Part shown: positions 11,765 through 24,706 of the stretch, piece by piece
Layout: each line of letters begins with the position of its first letter
Numbering within the stretch: the first letter of the stretch is position 1
Source of the DNA: Leucoraja erinacea
Lineage: Eukaryota
DNA: 64,000 nt
Assembly: GCF_028641065.1 (NCBI RefSeq)
Contig: NC_073398.1
Location: 23,746,001-23,810,000 of the forward strand
Direction: 5' to 3'
Notes under the pieces: model-generated
Databases searched by the model: none
The model's input: the letters and a program-made list of their open reading frames with translations, nothing else
Told to the model about the DNA's origin: nothing
Program-made: the position numbers and the translations under genes

Positions 11765-11929
11765 GTTATGTATTACTTCAGTAAAAAACAATCAAGAAGC
11801 AATGTCTGGAGAATTCGTTTTTGCTATCATATGAGTTCATACGCACTCACTGAACTCGTATGATAGCAAAAACGAATTCTCCAGACATTGCTTCTTGATT
11901 AATTGGTTTTTACTGAAGTAATACATAAC
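11765..11929. repeat. Near-perfect fold-back: ~75-bp arms with 11-nt loop
   Basis: GTTATGTATTACTTCAGTAAAA...GAGTTCA (11765-11839) is the reverse complement of TGAACTC...TTTTACTGAAGTAATACATAAC (11851-11929), with one short indel and few substitutions. Confidence 0.92.
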
Positions 11930-12519
11930 CAAGAAATAATTCATCGTAGCTCCATCACATTCTCGAGAAGTAATGGCTATTGAAGATGGATTTTGGGAAG
12001 GTATAGAAACTGCCATTACAGTATCAGAATGTTTCACTAATGGCGTCATTGAGCACAATTTGCCCATTCTGACCAAATGCCCCATCTGGGTCATAGGTGA
12101 TAGCAGCTGAAGTCTACTCCACCATTCAATCATCGTGGCTGATCTATCCCCTCCTAACCCCATTCTTCTGCCTTCACCCCGTAACCCCTGACACCCGTAC
12201 TAATCAAGAATCTATCTATCGCTGCCTTAAAAATATCCATTGACTGCTTCCTGAGGCTGACCTCTAATTCTACACTCTCCCACGAGTGGAAATATCCTCT
12301 CCACATCCACTCTATCAAAGCATTTCACTATTCATCTTAACTAGTCCCATTTGCCTGCCATCAGCCTATATTGATCTAAAAAAAGCTCCCCTATCATGTA
12401 TCTGTCCAAATGTTTATTGAATGTTGTTATTGTACCTGCCTCAATGACCTCTTCTGGCAGATCTTTCTATTGACCCATTGTCCTATGTGACTGAAAAAAT
12501 GACCATGAGATTCTTTATT

Positions 12520-12798
12520 TTAGACTTTAGAGATACAGTGTGGAAACAGGCCCTTTGGCTCACCGAATTTGTGCCGACCATCGATCACCCATTCACTAAC
12601 ACTACCCTACATACTAGGGACAATTTTACCAACACCATTTAATCTACAAACCAGTACATTTTTTAAGTGTTGAATGAAACCGGAGCACCCAGAGAAAACT
12701 TGTGTTGTCACAGGGAGAATGTACACGCACCATACAGGCAGGATCGAACTCTGGTCTGTGACGCTGTTAGGCAGCAACTCTATTATTGCACCACTGTG
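12520..12798 (-). mobile_element. tRNA-derived SINE (HE1/V-SINE-like)
   Basis: Minus strand has GCACAGTGGTGCAA head and GAGTTCGATCC B box, with a CR1-like 3' tail (GGGCCTGTTTCCACACTGTATCTCTAAA). Homologous to 43348-43670. Confidence 0.7.
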
Positions 12799-12937
12799 CT
12801 GTCTTATTCCTATTACATCTTTCTCCTCTTAACTTAAACCCATGCCCTCCACTTCTGCATTCTCCTACCCGAGCGAAAAAGATTATGTTCATTCATCCTA
12901 TCTATACCACTTTATTTTATACACCTCAATTAGATCA

Positions 12938-14659
12938 TCTCCTGTTTAAGGAGGTGTTGCCCACTGTAGGACCATCTGTTATCGCTGTCGTTAATAGCAG
13001 TTTGTCCTCGGGTGTTGTTCCTGCACTTTTTAAACATGCAGTAGTACAACCCCTGATTAAGAAACCTGCTCTTGACCCTGCAGTTCTTGGGAATTTCAGG
13101 CCTATCTCCAAACTGCCTTTTTTATCAAAAGTCCTAGAGAGGATCGTGCACAGGCAATTGATGGCCTTTTTGGAGGAACATGACGTTTTGGAGGTTTTCC
13201 AGTCCGGTTTTAAGTCCCGGCACAGCACAGAATCGGCCCTTTTGAGGGTTTTTAATGATATTTTTTTGGCTACTGATCAAGGTGACTGTGTTGTCCTCGT
13301 GCTTTTAGATTTGTCAGCTGCCTTTGACACAGTGGATCATGAAATTTTGATCTCCCGTTTGGAGCAGTGGGTGGGCATCAGGGGCATAGCACTGGAGTGG
13401 TTCAGGTCGTACTTGGCTGATCGAACTTTTTGTGTCAGCCTTGGGGACTCTGTATCCTCCTCTGCTCCTCTGTCGTGTGGGGTCCCACAGGGCTCAGTTC
13501 TTGGCCCTCTCCTCTTTTCACTCTATTTGCTCCCACTCGGTTCCATCCTTAGGAAGCACGGGATTTCATTCCACTTTTATGCTGATGACAGTCAGCTTTA
13601 TGTGCCTCTGGGAAAGGGGGGTGTACACTCTGTCGGCCTCTTGCTTGAGTGTCTCAGTGACATAAAGGCCTGGATGTCACTGAACTTTTTAAAATTTAAT
13701 GATGACAAGACAGAGGTAATGATCTTTGGTGGCACCTCTGGGGCCCCCCCTGTTGATCTAGGCTCTTTGTCTGCATATCTCAAACCTAACATCACGAACC
13801 TGGGGATTAAAGTGGACCCTGAGCTTAGATTTGACTGTCAGGTAAGGGCTGTTGTTAAATCTGGTTTTTTCCATCTGAGGCAGCTGGCAAAAATAAAGCC
13901 GATTTTGTCAAGGAAGCACTTTGAGACGGTAATCCATGCCTTTGTTACCACCCGGCTGGATTACTGCAATGCACTGTATCTGGGGGTTAGTCGGTCCTCC
14001 ATCGCCCGTCTCCAGATGGTACAGAATGCAGCTGTTCGTCTCTTGACAGGCACACGAAAGCATGATCATGTTTCTCACCTTTTGGCCTCTCTCCACTGGC
14101 TGCCTATTCAGTATAGGATTCGTTTTAAAATTCTTTTATTTACTTTTAAATCCCTAAGTGGTCTTGCCCCGTCCTACCTATCAGAGCTTCTTCACCCTTA
14201 TTCGCCCTCCCGCTCTCTCAGGTCAGATGATCAGCTGCTCCTGATTGAGCCAAAGACTAAGTGGAAGCTCAGAGGGGACCGTGCCTTTGCTGTGTCGGCT
14301 CCGAGATTGTGGAATGAATTGCCTCTGCACGTTAAACAGGCCCCTTCTCTAGCTGTTTTTAAATCACTCCTGAAGACATATCTATTCTCCATGGCCTTTG
14401 TAGACCAGTGAGGTGTCGAATTGTTTATTAACTTTATTTGCTTGGTTTTGCTGCGTTGTTTGTACTTGTGTTTTATGTTTTTTAATTTATTGTTTGGATT
14501 TTTGTATGTAATTTATGCGCCTCGTGTTAGTTGTATGTTCTGTTGTTCTGCCTGTTTTATGATGTCTTGCTTGTTTTCTTTTTTCTGTACAGCACTTTGG
14601 TCAGCTTTGGTTGTTTTTAAGGTGCTTAACAAATAAAGTTATTATTATTATTATTATTA
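12938..14659 (+). mobile_element. Young 5'-truncated L2-clade LINE with uninterrupted RT frame to 14411
   Basis: [71 protein letters not shown]-rich 3' UTR, AATAAA and (TTA)n tail. Inserted in a minus-strand CR1 fragment that resumes at 14660. Confidence 0.93.
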
Positions 14660-15774
14660 GTCTTTTGCACTCCAAGGAATGAAGTTGTAGACTGCCCAAC
14701 CTCTCCCTATAGCTCATGCCCACAAGTCCTAGCATCATCTTTGTAAATCTTCTCTGCAGTCTTTCCAGCTTAATGGAATCTTTTCTATGGCAGGATGACC
14801 AAAACTGAACATAACACAAGAGCAACCTCACCATTGATTTATGCAACTGTATCATAACATCCAATTTCCATTCTAATTTCCCTGACTGATGATGGACAAT
14901 ATGCCAAACACCATCCTTGCCATCCTTTCTACCTGTGATCGATCACGCAGCCTTGAAGTGTTGACAGCTAGGAGGAAATGCTGTTACTGATCAGCCATGA
15001 TCACAATGAATGGCAGTGCTGGCTCGTAGGGCCGAATGGCCTTCTCCTGCACCTAATTTCTATGTTTCTATGATCCACAATGTTTGAGGTCTGCCTAGAA
15101 GAATGTCAGGGATCCAGTTGCAAAGTGAGGGCAAGGGGCCTAGCTGGTGTGCTTGGATAGTGTTGAATGCTGAGCTGTTGTTGATGAATAGCAGCCTTTA
15201 ATAGACACACAATCAAAAAAATAGATAGGGAAAAAGATGAGGATGAAGAACAAATTAAAAGAGACAATCAGAAATCTTGTCAGAGCTTTGTCAAACTTTT
15301 TCAGATTAGGCTTTTCTGGAAGAGAGGAGGCAGTGAATCATTTGCAAAAGCAAGAAAATGCTGTAGATAGCAGACAAAAATTTAAAAAATGGTGAATTAC
15401 CCATTTCTGCACTAATTTGGTGAATATTTCCTGGATTTTCTGTTTTTTCATGTTTCAGATATTTTGTTTCAGGATTAGCTTTTCCTATTATTTTTTCACA
15501 GGATTTACGCAGAAAAAAAATCGATAATGAGTTATTGACTTTCTGTCTTGTCTTTGGATGTACAGTGGCATCTCTTCTACCCCGTTTTGAAAAGCAGAGT
15601 TTCCCGTGTCTTTTCAGGAAGAAATACTGTAATTAATTATTCTCTAAGCTTACTGATCTTATTTTACGGGAAATTGTAACTTTATCCTTGATTCTTCTTC
15701 TTCTCTTGTTGATGACAATGGCTAGCTTTGCCTGAATAATCTTGTTCTCAATATTAGCAAGACCAAGGAGCCGA

Positions 15775-16310
15775 TCCTGACTTCAGGAAGGAAAGCCAAA
15801 GAACCGTGCGTCTACCTTCATCGGCGGGATGGCAGTGGCATGAGTCAACAACTTCAATTTCTTGGTTGTACACATCTTTGATGATCTGTCCTGGGCTCAG
15901 CACATTGATGTAATCACAAAAAAAGCTCACCAATGCCTCTACTTCCTCGGATGTTTGAGGAGATCCAGGTGTCACCGAAAATATTGAACTTTAACAAATG
16001 GAGAGCAAAGTGACTGGTTGCACTACGGCATGGTTCAGAATTTCAAATGCTCAGGAATGAAGGTGGGTGCAGAAACCACCTTCACCCAAACCAAACAACC
16101 ATGGAATTTGTAGAACCACGGTTGCTCTGTGTACTTTGCTTTTTTGCACTAACATGGCCTAGTTTACTTAGAATAACTGATAGTGTATTATATATTTATA
16201 TGTGTTGTTGCATCTAATGTATGTTTAAAGCTGCAGCATGTAACAATTCCATTGCTCCAGTTCTTATCCTATCAAATCTTATATTTATATGACAAATAAA
16301 AACTCTTGAA
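15775..16310 (+). mobile_element. Decayed Rex1/Babar LINE 3' fragment
   Basis: Homologous to 27330-28070 (AACTTCAATTTCTTGG..., CACCAATGCCTCTACTTCCT). Confidence 0.65.
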
Positions 16311-16599
16311 CAAAAGGGAAATACAGCCTCTCAGCTCCATCCTGCAAAATAAGGCTGGAAGTGTTCTACCTTTGATTGAGTGTTCTGGGCAGATGCCTAG
16401 ATATTTTCAAGTATCCCAAGATGCAAGCTTTCTCTTTATACATTTTTTATCAATGTATATATTTGTCTGAATTAAATTTGTAACTGAAGTGATGAACTAA
16501 AAGTAGTTGTGAGCTTAAATACAAATCATTTTTTAAACTGATGACAGCCCCAATATTATTTTTGGGGAAAAACAGGTAAGTTCAGCAAAAGAGATTTGA

Positions 16600-16923
16600 A
16601 CATTACTGTGTTAATCTTAGACCAATATTTTCAAAGTCATCTCCGTATATATGTTTTGGGCTTTGACCCATCAGGAAGATCTTCTGGTATTGTCCAAGTA
16701 AACAGAGAATATATACTCTTCTTGACCTAATATCAGGATGTTAGTTTACTTAGTAATAAACAAACTATTTCAACAAAGCTCTGAGTGCATTAGGCAAGTC
16801 ATGTGCGAAAGTCCCACAGAAAATTCAGGTTGAGATTTTTTCCAGAGCAAATGGTTGTAAATTGAAACTTGCTTTTATTAATTTTATAATCCATTTCTAC
16901 AAAAAAAGACTTCAGCTCTGAGC
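16600..16923 (+). promoter_or_regulatory. Putative promoter of the triple-cystatin gene with hepatocyte-type motifs
   Basis: DR1/HNF4-like TGGGCTTTGACCC 16657-16669, forkhead GTAAACA 16698-16704 and TAAACAAA ~16757, GTTAAT half-site 16610, TATA-like TTTATAA ~16883. Motif matches only. Confidence 0.35.
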
Positions 16924-17127
16924 ATGGCTTGTGGCGTTTTAGTGTATGTTCTACTTTGTTTCAGTCTCCTGCTTTTAACCATTAAGTCGGCAGAAATATT
17001 TATCCAGGTTCCAGTTTCTGATAGGGAGGCAAACCTGGCTGTAGATTATGCTGTGAATGCTTACAACAGAAAGTCTGCCAATCCTTACCTCTTCAAGCAG
17101 CAGCAACTAAAAAGTGCGAAGTATAAG
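16924..17127 (+). CDS. Triple-cystatin (kininogen/fetuin superfamily) gene exon 1: signal peptide and domain 1a
   Basis: AGCATGG Kozak; MACGVLVYVLLCFSLLLLTIKSA hydrophobic leader; DREANLAVDYAVNAYNRKSANPYLFK cystatin helix; AAG|GTGGGT donor, phase 0, 204 nt. Confidence 0.88.
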
Positions 17128-20058
17128 GTGGGTAATAATTATTTATGTAACTATGCTTCCACATGTACTTAACAATGAATCTGGATAACTAACCATTACT
17201 CATAGAATTAATGATTACCATAAAACATATTTTTGAATTACATAAACAATAATTTAACATGGAGTACATAATTAGAATAGATTATTGTGTTGGGCATAGC
17301 CAAATCTAAATTATTTATTTTGTTATTTATATATTGTATCCAGATTATATATTTACTGCATTAAATTAGCATCAATTTGAAGTAGAAAAAAACGACGAAT
17401 GTCTGGAAATTTTTCTTAGATTCAGTTCACTGGATTGGATTGAAATTATAGATATGAGACACATCCTATATGGTTTACAAAGTTCACAAATCAGCCTAAC
17501 TAAAAATAAAACAGCTAGTTTCCAACAATAAGTAACTGTAATATGACAGGTAACTGAATATATCTGATTTTATGTGAGTTTTATTGTAATATGAATATGA
17601 ATTACCTGTCATTTTTAAGTTACATTTAACTTCAGAACACATGAAAAGTGGATTAGAAGCAGGCCACGAGGCCCCTCAAGCCCGCCCCTCCATTCAAATG
17701 ACAGGCTGATCCATGTCGGCTTCAACTATTGTGCCATTTCCCCAAAACCCTCAATTCCTCAATCTTTGAAATATTTATTTATCTCAACCTTAACTATATT
17801 AAATGATCTGGCCTCCACCAGACGTAGAATCGGAGATCTCCAAAAATTTACGACTAAGCAAAGAGATATATGTGTACTTAACTTTCAAAACCAAGTCCCT
17901 ATATGGGACGTGCTATAGCATTGATGCGTTGTAATAATGGTATAAATATACAATGACAACTGATGTTGTCATGGACAGCATTTATGAGATTGTAAAACTT
18001 AATTTTTGAGAAATTGCAATAGACTTTTTCATACACAGATTCGATTTGAATTAGATTTTCCTACTGAAGAATAAAATTGTGATAACATTGTTCCTTAGAC
18101 AAATAACATCCCTCATTTTGCTAGAACCATGTCTACTTAGTAATTTTACAGCACCAGTTACCCAGTGCCTTGGATTAATAATCTAGAGATCTGAGATTCA
18201 AATCACATGGTGGCATCTTGAAAAGATGAATTCATTCTATACAGAAAAACTACAATAATAACCATGAAACCGTTGAAAGTTGCAATATCCTCATAGTGAT
18301 TTGATTTAGGCATGTACATGGTTTGCATTCTGAAATGATGTGGTAAACAAATAAATTGTATCAAAAGCCTGGGATACTAGGGATTCAATTATACTTTATT
18401 GTCATTGCAATAAATGCCAATCTTGGCAACATACCGATAATGAAAAGAAACAGGCAGTTGCAAAATGTGCTTTCTTCCTTGTGGAGAATTGGAGCAATGT
18501 TAAACTGTACATGCAAATTTCATAGGATTGCCATGATTATTCCAACTGAGATCAATTGTTAGTGTAGTTTTTGGATCATTTGACCACTCCATTTCCCTGG
18601 CATAGCAACCCAATGGGTTAATGGACTGAACTAATAGGTGAGCCACCAGGAACAAAATGTTGGGTTAGCTGCACTACTCTTTGCATTAAAAAAAGTCATG
18701 TGTTTCTGCTGACACAATGGCTCTTCCGTCATTTTTATTATTTTACCCACAAATTCAAATACACTCAAACTGGAAGGCAGAACGAGAACAATTCATTCTA
18801 CAGCAGTGCAATGGAAGGTGTTTATAATATATGGGTTTATAGTTGTATCTTACGCTGAAGGATGCAGTACTATACAGAACATGGTCAGGAATGTGACATT
18901 GTGAGAAATATAAGAAAGGCAAGCCTCATGTTTTTTTTATCAACAGACATTAATGGTAGAATAAAGATGTCCAGTTAATAATTTTGGGGGGGCTCAGAAC
19001 CTAATCCTGCAGATCAAGGTGAATGTTTCCTCCTATGAGGTTACGAGATCGGATGGGCTTAGCATGTCAGAGGCATGGGTAGGAAATCAAACATAGCTTC
19101 AATGTTTCTTTGTAGGTTAAAAAAACTGTCAAGCCTTTCCTGGCCTATAAATCATGGAGTCGTAGAATCATAAAGCTACATGGCACTGAACCTGGCCCTT
19201 TGGTTCAACTTGTCCATGCCGACCTAGTTGTCTAACTGAACTATTCCCGTCTGGCCCATATCCCTGCAAACCTCTCCTATCTTGTACCTGTCCAATTGTC
19301 TTTTAAATGTTAAAATTGCACCCACCTCTACCACTTCCTCTGGCAACTTGTTACAATAGACAAAAAACAATAGTGTACTGTATACGCACCATCCTCTATG
19401 TGAGAAGGCATCATCAGAAATTATAAATCTTTTCTTACCATCTCTCTTTTGGCCCTCACGAACCGTACATCAGCTAAAACCTCATGAGGAAATCCCAAAC
19501 AAATATGTAATCAGAACCAAATTTGTATTTTGAATGAAAAAGCTTTCTTTACTTGCTAATGGCATATTGGGTTGAGATTAAAGTAACTTCAATACGTTGA
19601 AACTTCCATGCTCACCTTGTTCCAGTAACTGCAGAAGGGCAGGGGATTAAGGAAAAGGGAAGGGAGTTAATTCAGGCAGACCTTATTTTTTCCTTAGCAA
19701 CAGGAAAGCTCCATGCAGTGGACAAGATAGTGGCAAGGATTGCAAATCAGATTGCCTACTGAACTTTCTCTTTCAGCTGAAATGTTACAATATGAAAAAA
19801 GAGTTCAAAGAAAATTAAAACATGGGATAAAGAAAGAGAATAACTGAAGTAAAATGAGACCCAAATTTATGCTTCATGAAAATGTTTCACTTCAATGGAA
19901 ATTCAGTTTTCTATACTTAATGCTCTTGCTTGGGCAAGTTCAAGCCATGATAAACATTGCATTGTACATTTTGGTTTTGTATGGAGAACTGGTTTTATTG
20001 GTAAACAGTTGTACATGCCAGTGCAAAAGTACGATGTCTGCTGCACTGTAAGAATAAA

Positions 20059-20291
20059 GTCAAAGAAAGCTTAAAGTCTTTAATATCTTCTTCACCCTTT
20101 AGTAACGGTAGAAAATTAATGAATCTGACTAATTGATGTCAAAGAAAGCATAACGTCTTTATTATCTACATCCTTTAATAATAGTGGAAAATATGAAAGC
20201 ATTAATGAATCCGTATAATTGATTTTACAGAAAGTTTGAAGTCTAATATCTTCACCCTTCACTATGGTGTAAAATACATGTATTAATGAAA
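20059..20291 (+). repeat. Imperfect ~80-bp tandem triplication just upstream of cystatin exon 2
   Basis: Unit AGAAAGc..AAGTCTttAaTATCT..caccctt...AAAAT..ATTAATGAA recurs at ~20059, ~20138 and ~20225. Confidence 0.6.
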
Positions 20292-20384
20292 GGAGAAGTT
20301 ATGTTTACTTTACAGGCTTCACATAGTTTAATATAAGTGACGGAGAGAGAACAATATTTTCCTGTGTTGTACGCATCTTAACAG

Positions 20385-20495
20385 ATCACTTCTCCAGGGG
20401 TGAAAGCATACACTGTGATATTTGATATTAAGGAAAGTGTTTGTCAAGAACAAGTGGAACTGAGAACATGCCGTTTTAAATCTGACGGTGATGCT
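20385..20495 (+). CDS. Triple-cystatin gene exon 2 (domain 1b)
   Basis: CAG|ITSPGVKAYTVIFDIKESVCQEQVELRTCRFKSDGDA|GTAAGT; 111 nt, phase 0-0; F.I.E..C...C.FK cystatin pattern. Confidence 0.88.
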
Positions 20496-20739
20496 GTAAG
20501 TATCTTTACATTCATTATGCCTGCTGATAAAGCACGTTTAAAGAAATAATGCTTTGCATATAAAATTTATTATCCAATATAAACATATTAAACAAGTTCC
20601 TCATGCAGCTAGAACAACATTTGTGAATGGTATTGTTTGAGATTTGTGTTTTTAAATTTATTTTCCCGGTTGCTAAACATTTGGACTCCCCTTCCAATTC
20701 CCATACTGTCATTTCTGTCCTTTGGCATCCTCCACTGTC

Positions 20740-21207
20740 AAGGAGCTGTCCATTGAGAGTTTGAAAAATGTCATGTTGAAGACCTCTTTCGACTATGTAG
20801 AAGACCTCCTTCGACTATGTTGAAGACTAGCTACGACTAAATTCGGGAAAATTGGGCACCGAATAGTGGAGACTGAAGACGACCTCCCTCGACCTCCCTT
20901 TGACTATGTTGAAGACTCTCTACGACTACCTTCGACTGCCCTCGATTACCTACGACTAACATGCCAACCTACTACGACACACTATGACTAAATCTACGAG
21001 TATAAAAAGTGTTAATTTGTTCCTTGGCGACCTTTTTTTTCTTGCGGGCATTTTTCAACATGTTGAAAAATAAGCCGCAACCTAGCTGAGGCCTCGAGTA
21101 CACGGGGCCTACTCTCAAGCATGAAGGAGAGTTACAAAGACCTCCTACGACCCTGTGTCGACTATGCTGCGAGTATGAGTCGAGGACAAACTCGCCAGAA
21201 CTCGCGC
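20740..21207. mobile_element. CpG-rich non-autonomous DNA-transposon-like element with short internal repeats
   Basis: Many CTTCGACTA/CTACGACTA units, small palindrome TTTTTCAACATGTTGAAAAA, no coding capacity. Confidence 0.5.
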
Positions 21208-21254
21208 CCCTCTCCCTCCACCTTTTTTCTTTCACCAGCATGCCCAGCCTGGAT

Positions 21255-22660
21255 GCATACCCATTTACATAGAAAAATAGAAAATAGGTGCAGGAGTAGG
21301 TCACGGCCCTTCGAGCCAGCACCGCCATTCAATATGATCATGGCTGATCAACCATAATCAGTACCCCGTTCCTGCTTTCTCCCCACATCCCTTGATGCCA
21401 TTAGTCCTAAGAGCTACAGTATATCTCACTCTTGAAAACATCCAGTAAATTGGCCTCCACTGCCTTCTATGGCATTGAATTCCACAGATTCACAACTCTC
21501 TGGGTGAAAAGGTTGAAGGGGAACATTTTTCCGATCCCGATCCCTTAAGAATTTTGTATGTTTCTATAAGATTCCTTCTCATCCTTCGAAATTCCAGTGA
21601 ATATAATCTCAGTCGATCCATTCTGTCAACAAAATAGAGAGAGTACAGAGGAGATTTACTAGAATGTTGCCTGGGTTTCAGCAACTAAGTTACAGAGAAA
21701 GGTTGAACAAGTTAGGGCTTTATTCTTTGGAGCGCAGAAGGTTAAGGGGGGACTTGATAGAGGTCTTTAAAAGAGTGATAGACAGAGTTGACGTGGATAA
21801 GCTTTTCCCACTGAGAGTAGGGAAGATTCAAACAAGGGGACATGACTTGAGAATGAAGAGACAGAAGTTTAGGGGTAACATGAGGGGGAACTTCTTTACT
21901 CAGAGAGTGGTGGCTGTGTGGAATGAGCTTCCAGTGAAGATGATGGAGGCAGGTTTGTTTTTATCATTTAAAAATAAATTGGATAGTTATATGGACGGGA
22001 AAGGAATGGAGGGTTATGGTGTGAGCGCAGGTATATGGGACTAGGGGAGAATACGTGTTCAGCATGGACTAGAAGGGTCGAGATGGCCTGTTTCCGTGCT
22101 GTAATTGGTATATGGTTATAAAAGGTTTTTTTCTCATCTCAGTCCTAAATGGCCTACCCTTTATTCTTACACTGGTTCTGGACTACCCCAAGATCGGGAA
22201 CATTTTTCCTGCACCTAACCTGTCCAATCCCTTAAGAATTTTATATGTTTCTATAAGATTCCTTCTCATCCTTCGAAATTCCAGTGAATATAAGCTCAGT
22301 CAATCCATTCTTTCATCATATGTCTGTCCCGCCATCCCAGGAATTAACCTGGTGAACCTACGCTGCACTCCCTCAATAGCAAGAATGTCCTTGCTCAAAT
22401 TAGGAGACAAAAACTGCACACAATACTCCAGGTGTGGCCTAACCAGGGTCCTCTACAACTGCAGTAGGACCTCCTTGTTCCTTATCTCAAATCCTCTCGC
22501 TATGAAGGCTAACATGCCATTTGCTTTCTTCATTTACTTCACTTCACTTTGTACTGCATTTGCCCACTCACCCAACCTATCCAAGTCACTCTGCAGCCTC
22601 ATAGCATCCGCCTCGCAGCTCACCCTGTCATCCAGCTTTGTTTCATCCACAAAGTTGGAG
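21255..22660. mobile_element. Nested CR1-type LINE 3' fragments (minus-strand copy interrupted by plus-strand copy 21635-22120)
   Basis: LSYRERLNKLGLYSLERRRLRGDLIEVFK...TRGH...FFTQRVV..WN.L on plus; antisense equivalents at 21255-21630 and 22125-22660. Confidence 0.85.
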
Positions 22661-23456
22661 GTGTTACATAATTTCTCCCTTCCCCCCCACCCCCCGATCC
22701 CTTCTGCCTATATTCCTTTCTTTGGCTTCAAAATTTGTGCTTTGTCCTTATCTCCTACTTTTTGTCTTTTGCTCTGTGGCCTTTGTCCAATTACCTGCCA
22801 ATGAACCCCCCATCCCTATCCACCTTTCACTTGCCAGACTTTGTCCTGCAACCAACTCTCTTCCAGCTTTCTCCACACCTCTACAACAATCACTCTGAAG
22901 AAGGGTCCTTGATCAAAACACCTATCTGTATTCCCCAGAGATGTAACCCAACATGCTCAGTTACTCCAGCACTTTGTATCTTTGTTTATGACAAAACATT
23001 CCTGCCTTACAATAAATAATTTATTGAAACATAGAAACATAGGTGCAGGAGTAGGCCATTTGGCCCTTCGAGCCTGCACCGCCATTCAATATTTGTCCAA
23101 AATGGACAATTTGGTTTGGGTTTGGAGTAAATGTGGATAGTTTGTCAACCCGTCCTCACTTGGATCCATATAACACTAGCTCTTGCCCCACCGCTTCTCC
23201 TCACTTCTTTCTACTCCATCAGTCTGAAGAGGTGTCCCAACCCAAAAGGTCAATTGGCCATTTCCTTTCACTGACATTGCCTGGTCTATTGAATGTCTCC
23301 AGCTGTTTTTTTGCATTTGTCTACCCTTACAGATGCGTACATACAAACGCACCCGATCAATTTGGATTATGCATTTTAAATGTAATAATTTGAAAGCAAT
23401 ACAATAGGGAAAAGATGAAACTGAATCATATTGGATGTGTGTTTCATTTGCCCCAG

Positions 23457-23559
23457 GTTGAGGGTGTGTGCAAAGCAGAAATCTTTTTTCAATTTGGGTT
23501 CCACATTAAAGTGCCCAAGACACCTATGTGTGATCTACGAATGCCCATCAAAAAAGTGG
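23457..23559 (+). CDS. Triple-cystatin gene exon 3 (domain 1c)
   Basis: CCCCAG|VEGVCKAEIFFQFGFHIKVPKTPMCDLRMPIKKV+G|GTGAGT; 103 nt, phase 0-1. Confidence 0.87.
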
Positions 23560-24545
23560 GTGAGTAACGGCGTTGTGTATATTACATGTTAAAAATAGAT
23601 CTGCTTTGGTAATACCATCAATTACTATACTGGGAAAAGTTCAGAATTCTTTGGCATTTACTGGAATGAAATTCTACAACTGACAGTATTCCATTTTGCC
23701 ATCTTACCATCCTGTGCATGCTTAGTCAATGAATATACACATGGCTGAAAGTAATAGATTTTTTGACACCAAGAGAACCAAGGAAGATTGTGGTTGGGAG
23801 GGAAGCAGAAGAAGATACAGGATTGGTTATGAGGTTATTGAATGGCAGCACCAGCTCAAGGAGCTTCTATTTGGTATGTTTCTTGTGTTCTGCTGTCCCT
23901 CTCTTCTAATGGAAATATTTATAAGGGGATATTGATGTATTTTCCAAATGTCTTTCATCTGCATAGAAACATCAGATTTATCTGGTGTTGGCCAGGTGAA
24001 CCAATGAATAATCAGCCAACTAATGGAATATGGCTTCAACAGTACTATCTCCAATGTACCACTCACCTATGCCCAGTTTAGATTTTACCACAAATACTGG
24101 ACTTTAGGAAATCAGAAGAAGAAAAAAATTATGGTGGGGATGATGGGCGATGATTACAGATGGCTCAGTTACTTGAACAGAGCTCCTTCAATTGAAACCG
24201 TCCACACAAACATGCAAAGATATGAAGATCCAGACATTCTTCAGGCATGGGATGATAAGTGGCAATTGCATTTTCTTTGTAAAAGTGCAAGGCAACATTC
24301 AAAAGCCATTCTAATCATCAAGTCCTCTATCATGACCATCCTGGGATTGCCATTGACCAGAAGCTTAATTAGAAACAGACATAAAGAGGTCAGAAGGAAA
24401 GTGCCTTGCAGTGAGTAAGCCATCTTCTGAGGCGCCATAGTCTTTTAACTTCCATTATTCGTTGAAGCTTTATTTCCAGATCTCTTTGAAACTATTCTTC
24501 AACTTGCCTTTGCTCATTAATCATTTTTCTCTTTTATTTTGCTAG

Positions 24546-24706
24546 TGGAGACCATTGCTATTCCTTGTGAAGATTGTCCAGTTTCTGCAAGCCTTGACAA
24601 TCCCATGGTGAAAGCATCAGTGGAATTGGCATTGGAAATCTTCAATTATGAAAATAAAAAGAAAAGGACATTTGCGCTTAACAAGATTTTATATGCAATA
24701 AAAGAG
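24546..24706 (+). CDS. Triple-cystatin gene exon 4 (domain 2a)
   Basis: TAG|(V)ETIAIPCEDCPVSASLDNPMVKASVELALEIFNYENKKKRTFALNKILYAIKE|GT; 161 nt, phase 1-0; CxxCP linker as in fetuin/kininogen. Confidence 0.9.

Noticed and set aside
12786-12937. N-terminus of the 541-aa ORF as a real protein start
   Set aside because: Chance read-through from SINE and antisense CR1 sequence into a 5'-truncated L2; not a host gene.
20770-21000. Short interspersed repeats resembling a CRISPR array
   Set aside because: Eukaryotic context, irregular 10-22-bp units without unique spacers, no cas genes; better explained as internal repeats of a non-autonomous element.
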